A stretch of 64,000 bases of DNA, taken from NCBI GenBank assembly GCA_016872385.1, contig VGZV01000006.1:768-64767 (forward strand). The letters are read 5' to 3'. Positions within the stretch are counted from its first letter, which is position 1. Each line of letters begins with the position of its first letter. Below the pieces are notes generated by a model, which was given only the letters and a program-made list of their open reading frames with translations, was not told the DNA's origin and made no database searches. This DNA comes from SAR202 cluster bacterium (GTDB taxonomy: Bacteria > Chloroflexota > Dehalococcoidia > Lucifugimonadales > UBA3495). The position numbers and the translations under genes were made by a program. Below, piece by piece: positions 17,636 to 28,700 of the stretch.

Positions 17636-19159
17636 ATGGATTTCTTCACCGCCATTGAGCAGTCTGCCCTGTTCCTGATTGTGCTGGCCCCCATTGCCGG
17701 GGCGTTGCTGACCATGTTCACTTCCAGGGAGCGCCCCCAGGATGCTTGGCACTTCGCCATTCTGGTGTCGGCCATTACCCTGGCCCTCTCCATCTTCATC
17801 TTTGTTCAATACGACTTTCGCGCTGGCGGCTACCAGCTTACCCACATTTTTAGGTGGCTGGGCTACCCCCTGGACATTAACCTCTCCCTGGGGGTAGACG
17901 GCATTGCCGCACCGTTGGTTTTGCTGAACGGCATCATCCTTTTTGGCGGCGTGCTGGTGGCCCAGACCATCAAGCGCCGCTCCCGTGACTTCTTTGTGCT
18001 TTTGCTGGCCCTGGGCGGGGGCGTGTTCGGCGTGTTTGTGGTGCGGGACCTGTTCTTCCTCTTCTTCTTCTATGAGCTAGCAGTGCTGCCCATGTACCTG
18101 CTCATTGGCGTTTGGGGCAGCAGCACCGACTTCGGCACCTTCCGGCGCACCAAAGAGTACGGCGCAATGAAACTGATGCTGTTCCTGGTGGCCGGCAGCG
18201 TCCTTATCTGGGTGGGCATTCTGGCCCTGTACGTGCAGGCGTGGAAGGCCGGTGCGCCGACCTTTGACATGTCGACGCTGGCGGAGATGGCCCAGCGGGG
18301 CGATTTCAGCGAGGGCCTGCAACGGTGGGTCTTCCCACTGTTTATGATAGGGTTTGGCGTACTGGCAGGCCTGTGGCCTTTCCACACCTGGTCTCCCGAC
18401 GGCCACGTGGCGGCGCCTACCGCAGTCAGTATGCTCCACGCCGGCGTGCTGATGAAGCTGGGAGCTTACGGCATCATCCGGGTGGGCATGGAACTGACGC
18501 CGGCCGGAGCAGAAGCCTGGATGCCCGTGCTAATTGGCTTGGGCACGGTCAACGTGCTATACGGCGCATTCTCCGCCATGTCTCAGGGCGACCTGAAATA
18601 CGTCATTGGTTACTCCAGCGTCAGCCACATGGGCTATGTGATTATGGGCATCGCCACCCTGCACCCCATTGGCGTGGGCGGGGCGGTGCTGCAAATGTTC
18701 TCCCACGGGATCATGACCGCCCTGATGTTCGTGCTGGTGGGGGCCATCTACGACCGCGCCCACATCCGTGACATCAACGTGCTGAACGGCCTGGTCAAGC
18801 GCATGGGCGCCGCTACCTTTTTCTTTGCCATTGCCGGGCTAGCCTCCCTGGGGCTGCCGGGCCTCAGCGGGTTTGTGGCCGAGTTCATGGTGTTCACCGG
18901 CGCATTTAAAGAGTACCTGCCCCTGGCGGTCCTGGCAGTGGCGGGAGCCGCGGTTACCGCCGTGTACATACTGCGGCTGTTGGCGCGCTCCTTTTTTGGC
19001 GAAGCCGATCCCAGGTGGGCGCACCTGACCGACCTTAGCCCAGTGGAAAAGGGCGTGGCCGGGGCCTTTGTGCTAATCCTGATTGCCGTGGGCGTTTGGC
19101 CAGAGCCGCTGCTGCGGGTAATTAACACCGGCGTGGCTTCATTGCTGAAGGTTTTCTGA
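17636..19159 (+). CDS. nuoM: NADH-quinone oxidoreductase subunit M
   Basis: 507-aa antiporter-like subunit with WSPDGHVAAPTAVSMLHAGVLMKLG. Confidence 0.92.
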   Translation: MDFFTAIEQSALFLIVLAPIAGALLTMFTSRERPQDAWHFAILVSAITLALSIFIFVQYDFRAGGYQLTHIFRWLGYPLDINLSLGVDGIAAPLVLLNGIILFGGVLVAQTIKRRSRDFFVLLLALGGGVFGVFVVRDLFFLFFFYELAVLPMYLLIGVWGSSTDFGTFRRTKEYGAMKLMLFLVAGSVLIWVGILALYVQAWKAGAPTFDMSTLAEMAQRGDFSEGLQRWVFPLFMIGFGVLAGLWPFHTWSPDGHVAAPTAVSMLHAGVLMKLGAYGIIRVGMELTPAGAEAWMPVLIGLGTVNVLYGAFSAMSQGDLKYVIGYSSVSHMGYVIMGIATLHPIGVGGAVLQMFSHGIMTALMFVLVGAIYDRAHIRDINVLNGLVKRMGAATFFFAIAGLASLGLPGLSGFVAEFMVFTGAFKEYLPLAVLAVAGAAVTAVYILRLLARSFFGEADPRWAHLTDLSPVEKGVAGAFVLILIAVGVWPEPLLRVINTGVASLLKVF

Positions 19160-19274
19160 AGAACTAAGCGTGCACAAATTGAACAAAATGGCCCCCATAC
19201 TGCCTTTCTCCCTTGCCAAGGGGGAAGGAACTGGGCATCTCCCCTTTACCAAGAGGGAGGTCTAGAGGGGCGTC

Positions 19275-20837
19275 ATGTCCACCGTCACTGAAAATCTGTA
19301 CCTGCTGACGCCGGAGTTCCTGCTGGCTGCGCTGGCGTTGCTGGTGTTTGCCCTGGACCTGGTGCTGCCGGAATCCCGCAAGACCTGGCTGGCCTGGATT
19401 GGCATGGCCGGTCTGACAGCGCTGGCGATCTTCTCGGTGCGGATGCTGGCCGGGCGCACCGAGTCGCTGTATGGCGGACTGCTGGCAGTGGACCAGTTTT
19501 CCCTATTCTTCAAAGTATTCTTCATGGGCTTGGGAGTGTTCATCATCCTGAGCTCGGTGGACTTTGTTAAGCAGCACCTGAGCCACCCGGGGGAGTTCTA
19601 CGGCATCCTGCTTTTCTCCATTCTGGGGATGAACATGATGGCCCAGGCCCGAGAACTGGTGACCGCATACATTGCTCTGGAATTGCTGAGCTTCAGCCTG
19701 TACGTGCTGACCGCCTACGCCCGCGGCAACCCCAAGTCCAACGAAGCCGCGCTGAAATACATCATCATCGGCGCGTTTTCCACGGCGGTGCTGCTGTACG
19801 GCATCAGCATGATTTACAGCGTAGCGGGGTCCACCCACTTTGATGCCCTGGCCGAGACCCTGAGCAGCCCCGGTCAGGCGGGGCCAGTGCTGTGGGTAGG
19901 GGTGGCGTTTCTGGTGGCGGGACTGGGGTTCAAACTGGCGGCAGTGCCCTTCCATATGTGGGCGCCCGATGTTTATGAAGGCGCGCCCCTGCCGGTGACT
20001 GCGTATTTGGCCATAGCATCCAAGGCTGGCGCCGCGGCCCTGGCGTTGCGTTTGATATCTGAGGGCCTGGTGCCCGCCAGGGAGGTTTGGCCCCACTGGC
20101 AGATTATCCTGGCGGCGCTGGCCGCCGCCAGCATGCTGGTGGGCAACCTGGTGGCTCTGGCCCAGCGGAACTTGAAACGGCTGATGGCCTACTCCAGCAT
20201 TGGCCACGTGGGGTACTTGCTGGCCGGCATGGCTGCCCTGAACATTGGCGGCGGCATGGCGGCCAACGGCATTATCTTTTACCTGGTGGGCTATGCGGCC
20301 ACCAGCTTGGTGGTGTTTGCCGCCCTCATCTCCTTTTTCAACCAGACCGGCCAGGAGGAGATAGCCGATTTGGCGGGGCTGGCGGACCGGCAGCCATTGC
20401 TGGCCGCTGCCATTGCCATTGGACTGTTCTCCCTGGCGGGCCTGCCCATTTTTGCCGGGTTTACCATCAAGTTCTACCTGTTTGCCGCCGTGGCCCAGGG
20501 TGGGTTCCTGTGGCTGGCGGGCCTGGCTATTTTCAGCAGCCTTATCTCCCTTTACTACTACTTGCAGGTCATACGGCAGATGTATATCCAGCCCGTACCA
20601 GGTACAGCCCCCGACGCCAGCGGCCACGGTGAGGAGCCCTCCCACACTGCCAGCCACGGCCAGGCTGTTGCCGGTCATGCTTCAGAGACCGCCGCTGCCG
20701 CGCTGCGCACCCCCACAGGGATGCTGCTGGCCGTGGTGGTAGCGGGCCTGGTGGCGGTGTTGGCGCTGGGTGTTTACCCAGGCCCCTTACTGGAGGCCAT
20801 CGAAAGGGCGAGCCAGGTTATCCTGCCCGGCATCTAG
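19275..20837 (+). CDS. nuoN: NADH-quinone oxidoreductase subunit N
   Basis: 520-aa antiporter-like subunit with HMWAPDVYEGAPLPVTAYL. Last gene of the cluster. Confidence 0.92.
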   Translation: MSTVTENLYLLTPEFLLAALALLVFALDLVLPESRKTWLAWIGMAGLTALAIFSVRMLAGRTESLYGGLLAVDQFSLFFKVFFMGLGVFIILSSVDFVKQHLSHPGEFYGILLFSILGMNMMAQARELVTAYIALELLSFSLYVLTAYARGNPKSNEAALKYIIIGAFSTAVLLYGISMIYSVAGSTHFDALAETLSSPGQAGPVLWVGVAFLVAGLGFKLAAVPFHMWAPDVYEGAPLPVTAYLAIASKAGAAALALRLISEGLVPAREVWPHWQIILAALAAASMLVGNLVALAQRNLKRLMAYSSIGHVGYLLAGMAALNIGGGMAANGIIFYLVGYAATSLVVFAALISFFNQTGQEEIADLAGLADRQPLLAAAIAIGLFSLAGLPIFAGFTIKFYLFAAVAQGGFLWLAGLAIFSSLISLYYYLQVIRQMYIQPVPGTAPDASGHGEEPSHTASHGQAVAGHASETAAAALRTPTGMLLAVVVAGLVAVLALGVYPGPLLEAIERASQVILPGI

Positions 20838-20926
20838 TCCCTGTGCTCCGGCCGGCACATCGCCATCTCCAAGCAAACTTATTGCCACCATTAGTCGTCG
20901 GTGGTGGTCATTCCGCAACTTGCCTC

Positions 20927-20935
20927 TGTTATAAT
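20927..20935 (+). promoter_or_regulatory. Extended -10 candidate (TGTTATAAT)
   Basis: Read directly in the low-GC spacer about 125 nt upstream of the 21061 start. No convincing -35. Confidence 0.25.
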
Positions 20936-21060
20936 CACTATCTGTGGCAGGAAATATCTAGAATGACTCCTGCCAATTAGCACCCTTCGCGGTGAAGAAA
21001 GCAGAATTCCTTTTCTTACTGCCCGGGGGAATAGCAAGCTAGTGTCCTGGAAACAAGCAT

Positions 21061-21552
21061 ATGCGCATAATTTCAGTAATTGGCAGCAGCAAAGCTACCC
21101 CTGAACTGGAGTCTCTGGCGGAACAGGTGGGGCGGGAACTGGCCCGGCGCGGCGTCCTGGTCATCTGCGGCGGCCTCACCGGCGTCATGGAAGCGGTATG
21201 CCGCGGGGCCAAGTCGGCCGGGGGCACCACCATTGGCATTCTGCCCGGGCGCAGTGTGGCCGAAGCTAACCCTTACGTGGACATCCCCATCATTACCACC
21301 ATGGGATACACGCGCAACGTGATTGTGGCCCACAGCGGGCAGGCGGTCATCGCCATCGGCGGGGCCTTTGGCACCCTGTCGGAAATTGCCTTTGCCCTGG
21401 GCGACCACATTCCGGTAATAGGCCTCAAGACCTGGCGGCTGGACCGCAACGGCCAGGACGAACTGGTGGACGGGGCCATCATCCGGGCATCAGACCCGGT
21501 GGATGCCGTTAATAAGGCATTGGAAGCAGCGGAAGCCCGAAACCACGCCTAA
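21061..21552 (+). CDS. TIGR00725/LOG-like Rossmann-fold protein
   Basis: 163 aa with [14 protein letters not shown] and [17 protein letters not shown] motifs of the LOG/TIGR00725 group. Confidence 0.7.
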   Translation: MRIISVIGSSKATPELESLAEQVGRELARRGVLVICGGLTGVMEAVCRGAKSAGGTTIGILPGRSVAEANPYVDIPIITTMGYTRNVIVAHSGQAVIAIGGAFGTLSEIAFALGDHIPVIGLKTWRLDRNGQDELVDGAIIRASDPVDAVNKALEAAEARNHA

Positions 21553-21563
21553 CAGGAAGTCCA

Positions 21564-22913
21564 ATGACAACGAGAAAGCGTTCTTCGCCCAACATTGCAG
21601 GCATCAAGGGCCGGGAAGTCCTGGACTCCCGCGGGAACCCCACCGTCGAAGCTGAGGTATGGCTGTCCGACGGGTCGCGGGGCAGGGCGGTGGCGCCCTC
21701 TGGAGCCAGCACCGGCAGCCACGAGGCCTTGGAACTCAGGGATAAGGACTTGCTGCGTTTCGGCGGCCGTGGCGTCCTCAACGCCGTCGCCAACCTGGAC
21801 CAGTCCGTTGGCCCGGCGCTGAAGGGCCAGTCGCCCTTTGATCAAGCCGCCATTGACCAGCGCTTGATTGAACTGGACGGGACACCAGAGAAGCGGAAGT
21901 TGGGGGCCAACGCCATCCTGGCTGCTTCCCTGGCGGTGGCGCGGGCTGCCGCCGCATCCCAAGACCGGGCCGCAGGTAACGGTGGGGCAGGCGCGGACGT
22001 TCCGTTGTGGCGTTACCTGTCTGCCGGGCACGGCTTCACTCTGCCCGTGCCCATGTTCAACATATTGAACGGCGGACGCCACGCCTCCAACTCCACAGAT
22101 ATTCAGGAGTTCATGGTGATTCCCGTGGGGATGTCCAGCTTTGCCCAGGCCCTGCGGGCGGGCACGGAAATTTATCAGGCCCTGCGCAGCCGCCTGCACC
22201 GGGCTGGCCACAGCGTGAACGTGGGGGATGAGGGCGGTTTTGCTCCGTCGCTGCCCTCCAACCGGGACGCGCTGGAGATGGTGCTGAAGTCCGTGGAGGC
22301 CGCCTGCTATGCGCCAGGCCGGGACGTGTTCCTGGCTTTGGACGTGGCAGCCTCGGAACTGTATCATGAGGACGACCAGCGCTACCACCTGGAGCGGGAA
22401 GGAGCCGCCCTGACTTCCCAGGAACTGGTGGACCTGTATGTTCAGTGGGCCAAGGAGTACCCCATTATCAGCATTGAGGATGGCCTGTCCGAAGACGACT
22501 GGGAGGGCTGGGCCAACCTGCGGCGTCAACTGGGCAGCCGAATCCAGCTGGTGGGTGACGATCTGCTGGTGACCAACATCCAGCGCATCCAGCGGGCCAT
22601 AGACTCCCAAGCTTGCAACGCTGTGCTGCTCAAACCTAACCAGATTGGCACCTTGACGGAGACGGGGCAGGCTTTTTCCATGGCGCGCCAGGGAGGTTGG
22701 GGCACCGTAATGAGCCACCGCTCCGGGGAGACCGAGGACACCACTATTGCAGACCTGGCAGTGGCGTGGGACGTGCGGCAGATAAAGACCGGCGCACCCG
22801 CACGCTCCGAGCGAGTGGCCAAATACAACCGGCTCCTCAGGATTGAGGGAGAGTTGGGCAGAGAGGCCAAATATGCCGGAAAGAGCGCCTTCGACTACCT
22901 CCACATATTCTAG
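21564..22913 (+). CDS. eno: Enolase (phosphopyruvate hydratase)
   Basis: Full-length match by eye, including [17 protein letters not shown] and [11 protein letters not shown]. Confidence 0.95.
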   Translation: MTTRKRSSPNIAGIKGREVLDSRGNPTVEAEVWLSDGSRGRAVAPSGASTGSHEALELRDKDLLRFGGRGVLNAVANLDQSVGPALKGQSPFDQAAIDQRLIELDGTPEKRKLGANAILAASLAVARAAAASQDRAAGNGGAGADVPLWRYLSAGHGFTLPVPMFNILNGGRHASNSTDIQEFMVIPVGMSSFAQALRAGTEIYQALRSRLHRAGHSVNVGDEGGFAPSLPSNRDALEMVLKSVEAACYAPGRDVFLALDVAASELYHEDDQRYHLEREGAALTSQELVDLYVQWAKEYPIISIEDGLSEDDWEGWANLRRQLGSRIQLVGDDLLVTNIQRIQRAIDSQACNAVLLKPNQIGTLTETGQAFSMARQGGWGTVMSHRSGETEDTTIADLAVAWDVRQIKTGAPARSERVAKYNRLLRIEGELGREAKYAGKSAFDYLHIF

Positions 22914-22962
22914 TCAGCCATCCGGCCAGGATCAGGGCCCGGAAGGGGCTGGAACCCGGCCA

Positions 22963-23322
22963 ATGGACTCTCGCCGCAGCAACTGGAAGCTGGCGTGGCG
23001 GGTGGGCCGCTACCTGGCGGTGCTTGGCTTCTTTGGGATTTTCCGGCTGGCCTGGTGGGCTGTAGTCCAGGGCGTGCTGCCGCTGCGCGGCCTGCTGGCG
23101 CTGCTGGCATCACCCTCTTCGTCGGGGCGCGCGCCCAACGAGTTCAAGGATATGTACCAGCCGGACTCGCCCCAGAACCTGGCCACTCGCGGCAGCCACT
23201 CCGACGCTTTCTGGCGCATGTACCTGCAAGCCTATACTCCCAGGGCGTGGAGCATGCGGCGGCTGTTCCCCATGACCACGGGGCGGAAGTTGCCGCCTAA
23301 AGAGGAGCCAGAGGAGGATTAG
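22963..23322 (+). CDS. Hypothetical small membrane protein
   Basis: ATG at 22963 avoids overlap with eno. One or two hydrophobic segments (YLAVLGFFGIFRLAWWAVV). No recognisable family. Confidence 0.3.
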   Translation: MDSRRSNWKLAWRVGRYLAVLGFFGIFRLAWWAVVQGVLPLRGLLALLASPSSSGRAPNEFKDMYQPDSPQNLATRGSHSDAFWRMYLQAYTPRAWSMRRLFPMTTGRKLPPKEEPEED

Positions 23323-23489
23323 ACAGGCTGGGACTTGTCTGTCACCAGGTGTCCCCAATTCCTTTGCCGTAATGGTCACCATGCCGTGAATATGATATAA
23401 AATGGGTCTTGCAATTCATGGCCCGGCTCTTCGTACTACACCGGGCAGTCCTCAAAACCAGATAATTAAAGAAGCAGGGAGGTAAACCC

Positions 23490-24503
23490 ATGACTACCCG
23501 CATCGGCATTAACGGATTCGGCCGCATTGGCCGCCTGGTCACCAGGGCCATCATTGCCCGTTATCCGGAGAAGCTGCAAGTGGCGGCAGTCAATGACTTG
23601 ACCGACGCCAACACCAACGCCCACCTGTTCAAGTACGATACCAACTACGGCGTTTATCCTGGCAGCGTGGAAGCCCAGAACGGCAACCTGATGGTGGACG
23701 GCTCCAGCATCCGCGTGTTTGCCGAGCGGGACCCCGCCCGCATCCCGTGGTCGGAAATGGGCGTTGATTTGGTAGTGGAGTCCACCGGCATCTTCACCGA
23801 CGCCGACAAGGCCGCCGGCCACCTGAAGGGCGGGGCCAAGAAAGTGGTTATCTCCGCCCCGGCCAAGGGCGAAGACCTGACGGTAGTAATGGGCGTCAAC
23901 CACCAGAAATACGACACCAAGAAGCACCGCATCGTCTCCAACGCCTCCTGCACCACCAACTGCTTTGCCCCCATGGTCAAGGTGCTGCACGACGCCTTTG
24001 GCGTGGAGCACGGCCTTATGTCCACCATCCACTCTTATACCAACGACCAGGCCATTCTGGACCAGCGCCACTCTGACCTGCGCCGCGCCCGCGCCGCCGC
24101 CATGAACATAGTGCCCACGAGCACCGGCGCTGCCAGGGCCGTGGGTTCGGTGCTTCCGGAACTCAACGGCAAGCTCCACGGCATCGCCTTCCGGGTGCCC
24201 ACTGCCACCGTGTCCGTCACCGACTTCACCGCCAACGTGGCCAAGGACGCCACCGTGGAGGACGTGAACCGGGCCTTCCAGAAGGCCGCTGAGTCCGGGC
24301 TCAAGGGCGTGCTGGAATACTGCACCGAGCCTCTGGTCAGCGCCGACTTCAAGGGCAACCCCCACAGCTGCGTGTTTGACGCCCTGTCCACCATTGTGAT
24401 GCAGAAGCGCATGGTCAAGATTATGGGCTGGTACGACAACGAGTGGGGCTATTCCTGCCGCACCGCCGACCTGTGCGCCCTGATGAACGACAAGGGGATA
24501 TAG
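23490..24503 (+). CDS. gap: Type I glyceraldehyde-3-phosphate dehydrogenase
   Basis: INGFGRIGR N-terminus and active-site SNASCTTNC. GGAGG Shine-Dalgarno upstream. Confidence 0.95.
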   Translation: MTTRIGINGFGRIGRLVTRAIIARYPEKLQVAAVNDLTDANTNAHLFKYDTNYGVYPGSVEAQNGNLMVDGSSIRVFAERDPARIPWSEMGVDLVVESTGIFTDADKAAGHLKGGAKKVVISAPAKGEDLTVVMGVNHQKYDTKKHRIVSNASCTTNCFAPMVKVLHDAFGVEHGLMSTIHSYTNDQAILDQRHSDLRRARAAAMNIVPTSTGAARAVGSVLPELNGKLHGIAFRVPTATVSVTDFTANVAKDATVEDVNRAFQKAAESGLKGVLEYCTEPLVSADFKGNPHSCVFDALSTIVMQKRMVKIMGWYDNEWGYSCRTADLCALMNDKGI

Positions 24504-24536
24504 TCTGTTCCGGTAATAGGAGAGGCCAACCATATC

Positions 24537-25616
24537 ATGCTAAACAAGCCTGCGGCCAGCCAAAGGAGCCTGCGGCCAGTCTCGGCAGACCCCCAATGCG
24601 AGGAGGCTATCCTGACCTCCCTGGATAGCCTGATTACCCCCGCCGAACGGTTTTACATACGCAGCCACTTCTCCCAGGTCCCCCGCTTGGATGGCAGGAC
24701 CTGGAAGCTAACCGTTGGCGGCGAAGTGCGGCGTCCGCTGACCCTGAGCCTGGCGGACCTGAAGACCATGCCGGCGGTGGAGCAGGCGGCAACCTTGGAA
24801 TGCGCCGGGAACAGCCGTTCCTACGTCAAGCCGCCGGTGGAAGGCCTGGCCTTTCTCCACGGGGCGGTCAGCACCGGCTGGTGGAAGGGCGTGCCCCTGG
24901 CCCAGGTCTTGGCCCAGGCGGGCCTGAAGGACACAGCCAAAGAGGTGGTCTTTCAGGGGGCGGACCACGGCAGGGAAGAGGAACACGGCGAGGCCGTGGA
25001 ACTGAGCTACGAGCGGAGCCTGCCGGTGGGCAAGGCCATGCAGCCCGATACTCTGCTGGCCTACCAGATGAACGGGGAAGACTTGACCCCGGAACACGGC
25101 TACCCTGTCCGGCTGGTCACGCCGGGCTGGTATGCTATGGCGTCGGTGAAGTGGCTGACCAGCATCCGGGTGGACAGCCAGCCTTTTGACGGCTTTTTCC
25201 AGGGCCGCCGCTACGTGATGATTAACGAGGGGCCGGAGCACCGCATCCAGCGGGAGCCGGTGACGCTGCTGCGGGTCAAGTCCCTGTTCACCAGCCCGCG
25301 GCACGGCGAAGTGGTCCAGTTGGGACGGTTCAACCTTCACGGGGTAGCCTGGTCCGGGGCTGGCCCGGTGGTCAAAGTGGAGGTCAGCTTTAACGGCGGC
25401 CGCCACTGGCGCCAGGCCCGCCTGGTGGGGGAGGATCATCCCAACGCCTGGCGCCGCTGGGAGCTGGACTGGCGGGTCGCCGAACCCGGCCATTTCATCC
25501 TCATGGTGCGGGCCACCGACGCCGCAGGCAATACCCAGCCCAAGAACATCCCCTGGAACTTCCGGGGCTACGCCAATAACGCCATCCACGCCATTGCCGT
25601 GGAGGTGCCGGGATGA
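24537..25616 (+). CDS. Sulfite-oxidase-family molybdopterin oxidoreductase
   Basis: FYIRSHF, LECAGNSR (Mo-ligand Cys region) and the C-terminal dimerisation-domain pattern. Confidence 0.8.
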   Translation: MLNKPAASQRSLRPVSADPQCEEAILTSLDSLITPAERFYIRSHFSQVPRLDGRTWKLTVGGEVRRPLTLSLADLKTMPAVEQAATLECAGNSRSYVKPPVEGLAFLHGAVSTGWWKGVPLAQVLAQAGLKDTAKEVVFQGADHGREEEHGEAVELSYERSLPVGKAMQPDTLLAYQMNGEDLTPEHGYPVRLVTPGWYAMASVKWLTSIRVDSQPFDGFFQGRRYVMINEGPEHRIQREPVTLLRVKSLFTSPRHGEVVQLGRFNLHGVAWSGAGPVVKVEVSFNGGRHWRQARLVGEDHPNAWRRWELDWRVAEPGHFILMVRATDAAGNTQPKNIPWNFRGYANNAIHAIAVEVPG

Positions 25617-25657
25617 CGGCGGAAAGAGATTGGGTTAGAGATAGTTAATACTTCTAT

Positions 25658-25738
25658 GCTCACCCTTCGACAAGCTCAGGGTGAGCGTCCTTCGGCTGAA
25701 GGACCGCTCGTGGTGAGCCCATCGAACCACGAGTGGCG
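25658..25738. repeat. Palindromic repeat family C (hairpin triplet)
   Basis: GCTCACCCTTCGACAAGCTCAGGGTGAGC, GTCCTTCGGCTGAAGGAC and CGCTCGTGGT...ACCACGAGTGGCG hairpins. Confidence 0.7.
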
Positions 25739-25789
25739 AATTTTTTAAACACCGGGTAATCCGGGCGCGCGCTAAATCGAGACTTTGCC

Positions 25790-28700
25790 ATGGGATGGTT
25801 TGCAAACCTGCCGCTGGTGGTCACCCAAATAATCCGCCAGCGGCGGGTTTTTGTTTCTCCGGCAACCTGGCTGCTGCTGGCGATCCTGGCAGCAGCCCTG
25901 GCCCTGCGGCTGTACGGGATTAACTGGGACCAGGGCTACGGCTTCCACCCCGACGAGCGCTCCATCTACATGCGAGCCGGCTGCATGTACGACCTGCTGG
26001 TACAGGCGCCTGGCTACCAGGAGTGTCTGCGGGACCATCCCCAGACCCAGCCGGGCTTCCCCAGCCTGGGCGTGTTCCTGGACCCCCAGCGCAGCCCCCT
26101 TAACCCTCACTGGTTCCCCCTGGGCAGCATCCTGATTTACGCCCTGGTGTACCTGCGCTCTATCCTGGAGCTGTTCACCAACCTTTCCGCCCTGGACATG
26201 CGCTACGCCGGAAGGCTGTTGTCCGCCCTGGCGGACGTTGGCAGCGTTTATCTGGTTTTTTTGCTGGGGAAGCGCATGTATGGACAAGGCACGGGCCTGC
26301 TGGCCGCCGCCTTCGCCGCCTTTGCCGTCATCCACATCCAGAACAGCCACTTCTACCGGCCCGAGACTTTCTCGGTGTTTTTTACCCTGGCGGCTTTCCT
26401 GGCAATGCTGCGGATGATCCAGTACGGGCGCTGGCGGGACTCGGCAATACTGGGCTTGCTGGTGGGACTGGCCCTGGCCCCCAAAGTGAACGTGCTGCCT
26501 TTGCTGCTGCCCCTGGCGCTGGTCTATGGGTGGCGGTGGTATGACCTGGCGCGGCAAAAATCCCCCAAACCACCCTTTGAGAAAGGGGGGCTACAAAGAC
26601 CTTCACCGCGCTGGGGCCAGTCTTTTTCGCCCCTTATTAAGAAGGGGTTAGGGAGGATTGCCAGCGCCCAGCTTCTGGCCGGTCAAGCCGCCCTGGCCGC
26701 CGTAGTTGCCCTGGCAACCTTCTTTGCCGCCAGCCCTTATGCGCTGCTGGACTTTAAATCTTTTGTGGCGGACCAGATAGCCCAGGCCAACATGGCAAAC
26801 CATGCTGGCCTTTGGCCCTTCACCATCCAGTACGTTGGCACTACGCCCTTCCTGTACCAGATGCGTCAGAGCATAACCTGGGGGCTGGGCGTGCCGCTGG
26901 GACTGGCCGCCTGGGCCAGCATCCCCTTTACAGCAGCGATGGCCTTTCTGCAAAAGCAGACCTGCCGGGCCGACTGGCTGCTGCTGGCGTGGATACTCCC
27001 CAGCCTGCTGCTGCTGGAGAGCTTTGAAGTACGGTTCCTGCGCTACCTGTTCCCGCTGATACCCTTTATGCTGCTCTTGGCGGCACGGATGCTGGTGTGG
27101 CTGGCCGTAGCCGCCACGCAACGACTAGATGACGCTGGAAAAGCTCAGTTGCCCTCCGCCTCACCGGAAGAGGGCCAGGGCGAGGGCCGTCAACCCCCCC
27201 CTTTGCCCCCCTTTTTCAAAGGGGGGTTGGTGGGATTTGCGCCACGGAAACTCCTGGCCTGGACGCCGACGCTGCTCATCGCCCTGGTGATGCTGGGCAC
27301 GGTTTTTTACGCCCTGGCCTTTATGCGCATCTACGCCAGGCCTCATCCGGCAATAGCCGCTTCCCAATGGCTCCGGGAAAACGTGCCCGCCGGGAAGGCA
27401 ATAGCCAGCGACAACCACTGGGACGAGTTCATCCCAGGGTTGTACCAGTACCAGGTCTGGCAGTATCCCGCATACGACGCGGATTCCGCCGAGAAGATGA
27501 CCACCCTGGCGCGCCAGCTAGCAAAGTCGGAGTACCTGGTTTTCTACAGCCAACGGCCCTTCGCCAGCGTCAGCCGCGACCCCCAGCGGTTCCCCCTGAG
27601 CGGACATTATTACCAGCAGCTTTTTGCCGGAAAATTAGGCTACCAACTAGAAAAGAAGTTCATATCGTACCCGGAGTTGCTGGGCGTGGCCTTTCAGGAC
27701 GACCCTTATACCTGGTCAGGGCTGCCCAAACCCAGCCCAGCCCAGCCGGAACCAGGGTCGCTGCTGGCCCTGAACCTGGGCTACGCCGACGACAACGTGG
27801 TGGGCTACGATCACCCCCAAGTGCTGGTGTTCCGGAACACGGAGCGGCTGTCCGAATTATCGCTGCGGGCCCGCCTGACACCCTCGCGCCAAAGCCCAGA
27901 CTCCGGAACTGACCAGGGGCTGATGCTTTCTCCAGAACAGGCGGCGGCCCAGCGCAACGGCGGCGCCTGGTCAGAGATTGTCCACCGGGACTCGTGGACC
28001 AACAAACTGCCGGTACTGGCGTGGCTGCTGGCGGTGGAGGTCATCTACATGGCCAGCCTGCCCCTGGCCATGTTCCTGTGCCGGCCCCTGCCTGACCGGG
28101 GGATAGTCCTGGCCCGCATCCTGGGCCTGCTGGCAGTTTGTTACGTGGCCTGGCTGCTGGCCAGCCTGGGCTGGGTCCAGTTCTCCCGCACGGGCATCTG
28201 GTTAGGGATTCTGACAGTGGCAGCCCTGTCCGCCGTCGCACTAGCCGCTCACTGGCAGGAAATCCGCCAATTCCTGAAGGCCCGCTGGCGGTTGCTGCTT
28301 TTGGGTGAAGCTTTGTTCCTGGCCGCCTTCCTGGCCTTTGTCTTGCTGCGGGCGGCCAACCCCGACCTGTGGCACCCCTACCGCGGCGGCGAAAAACCTA
28401 TGGAACTGGCTTACCTGAATGCAGTGGCGCGCTCCAGCCTGATGCCCCCCTACGATCCCTGGTTCGCCGGGGGCTACCTGAATTACTACTACTGGGGCTA
28501 CTTCGTGGTGGCGGCGCTGGTGCGAATCACCGGCATAATACCCACCACGGCATTCAACCTGGCAGTCCCCCTGTTTTTTGCCCTGACCTTCACCGGGGCC
28601 TTTTCTCTGGTTTATAACCTGGCGGCGGCGACAATCCCCTCTCCAGCAATAAGGAGAAGGGGAAATGGAACAACAATTTCAACGGAGCAAGGCTTGAACG

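Noticed and set aside
21930-22010. About 14 extra residues in enolase ([16 protein letters not shown]) relative to the usual AAA..LPLYRYLGG region; considered as another repeat insertion.
   Set aside because: The DNA here does not resemble any of the repeat families, has no inverted-repeat ends, and has native composition. It is most simply a lineage-specific loop.
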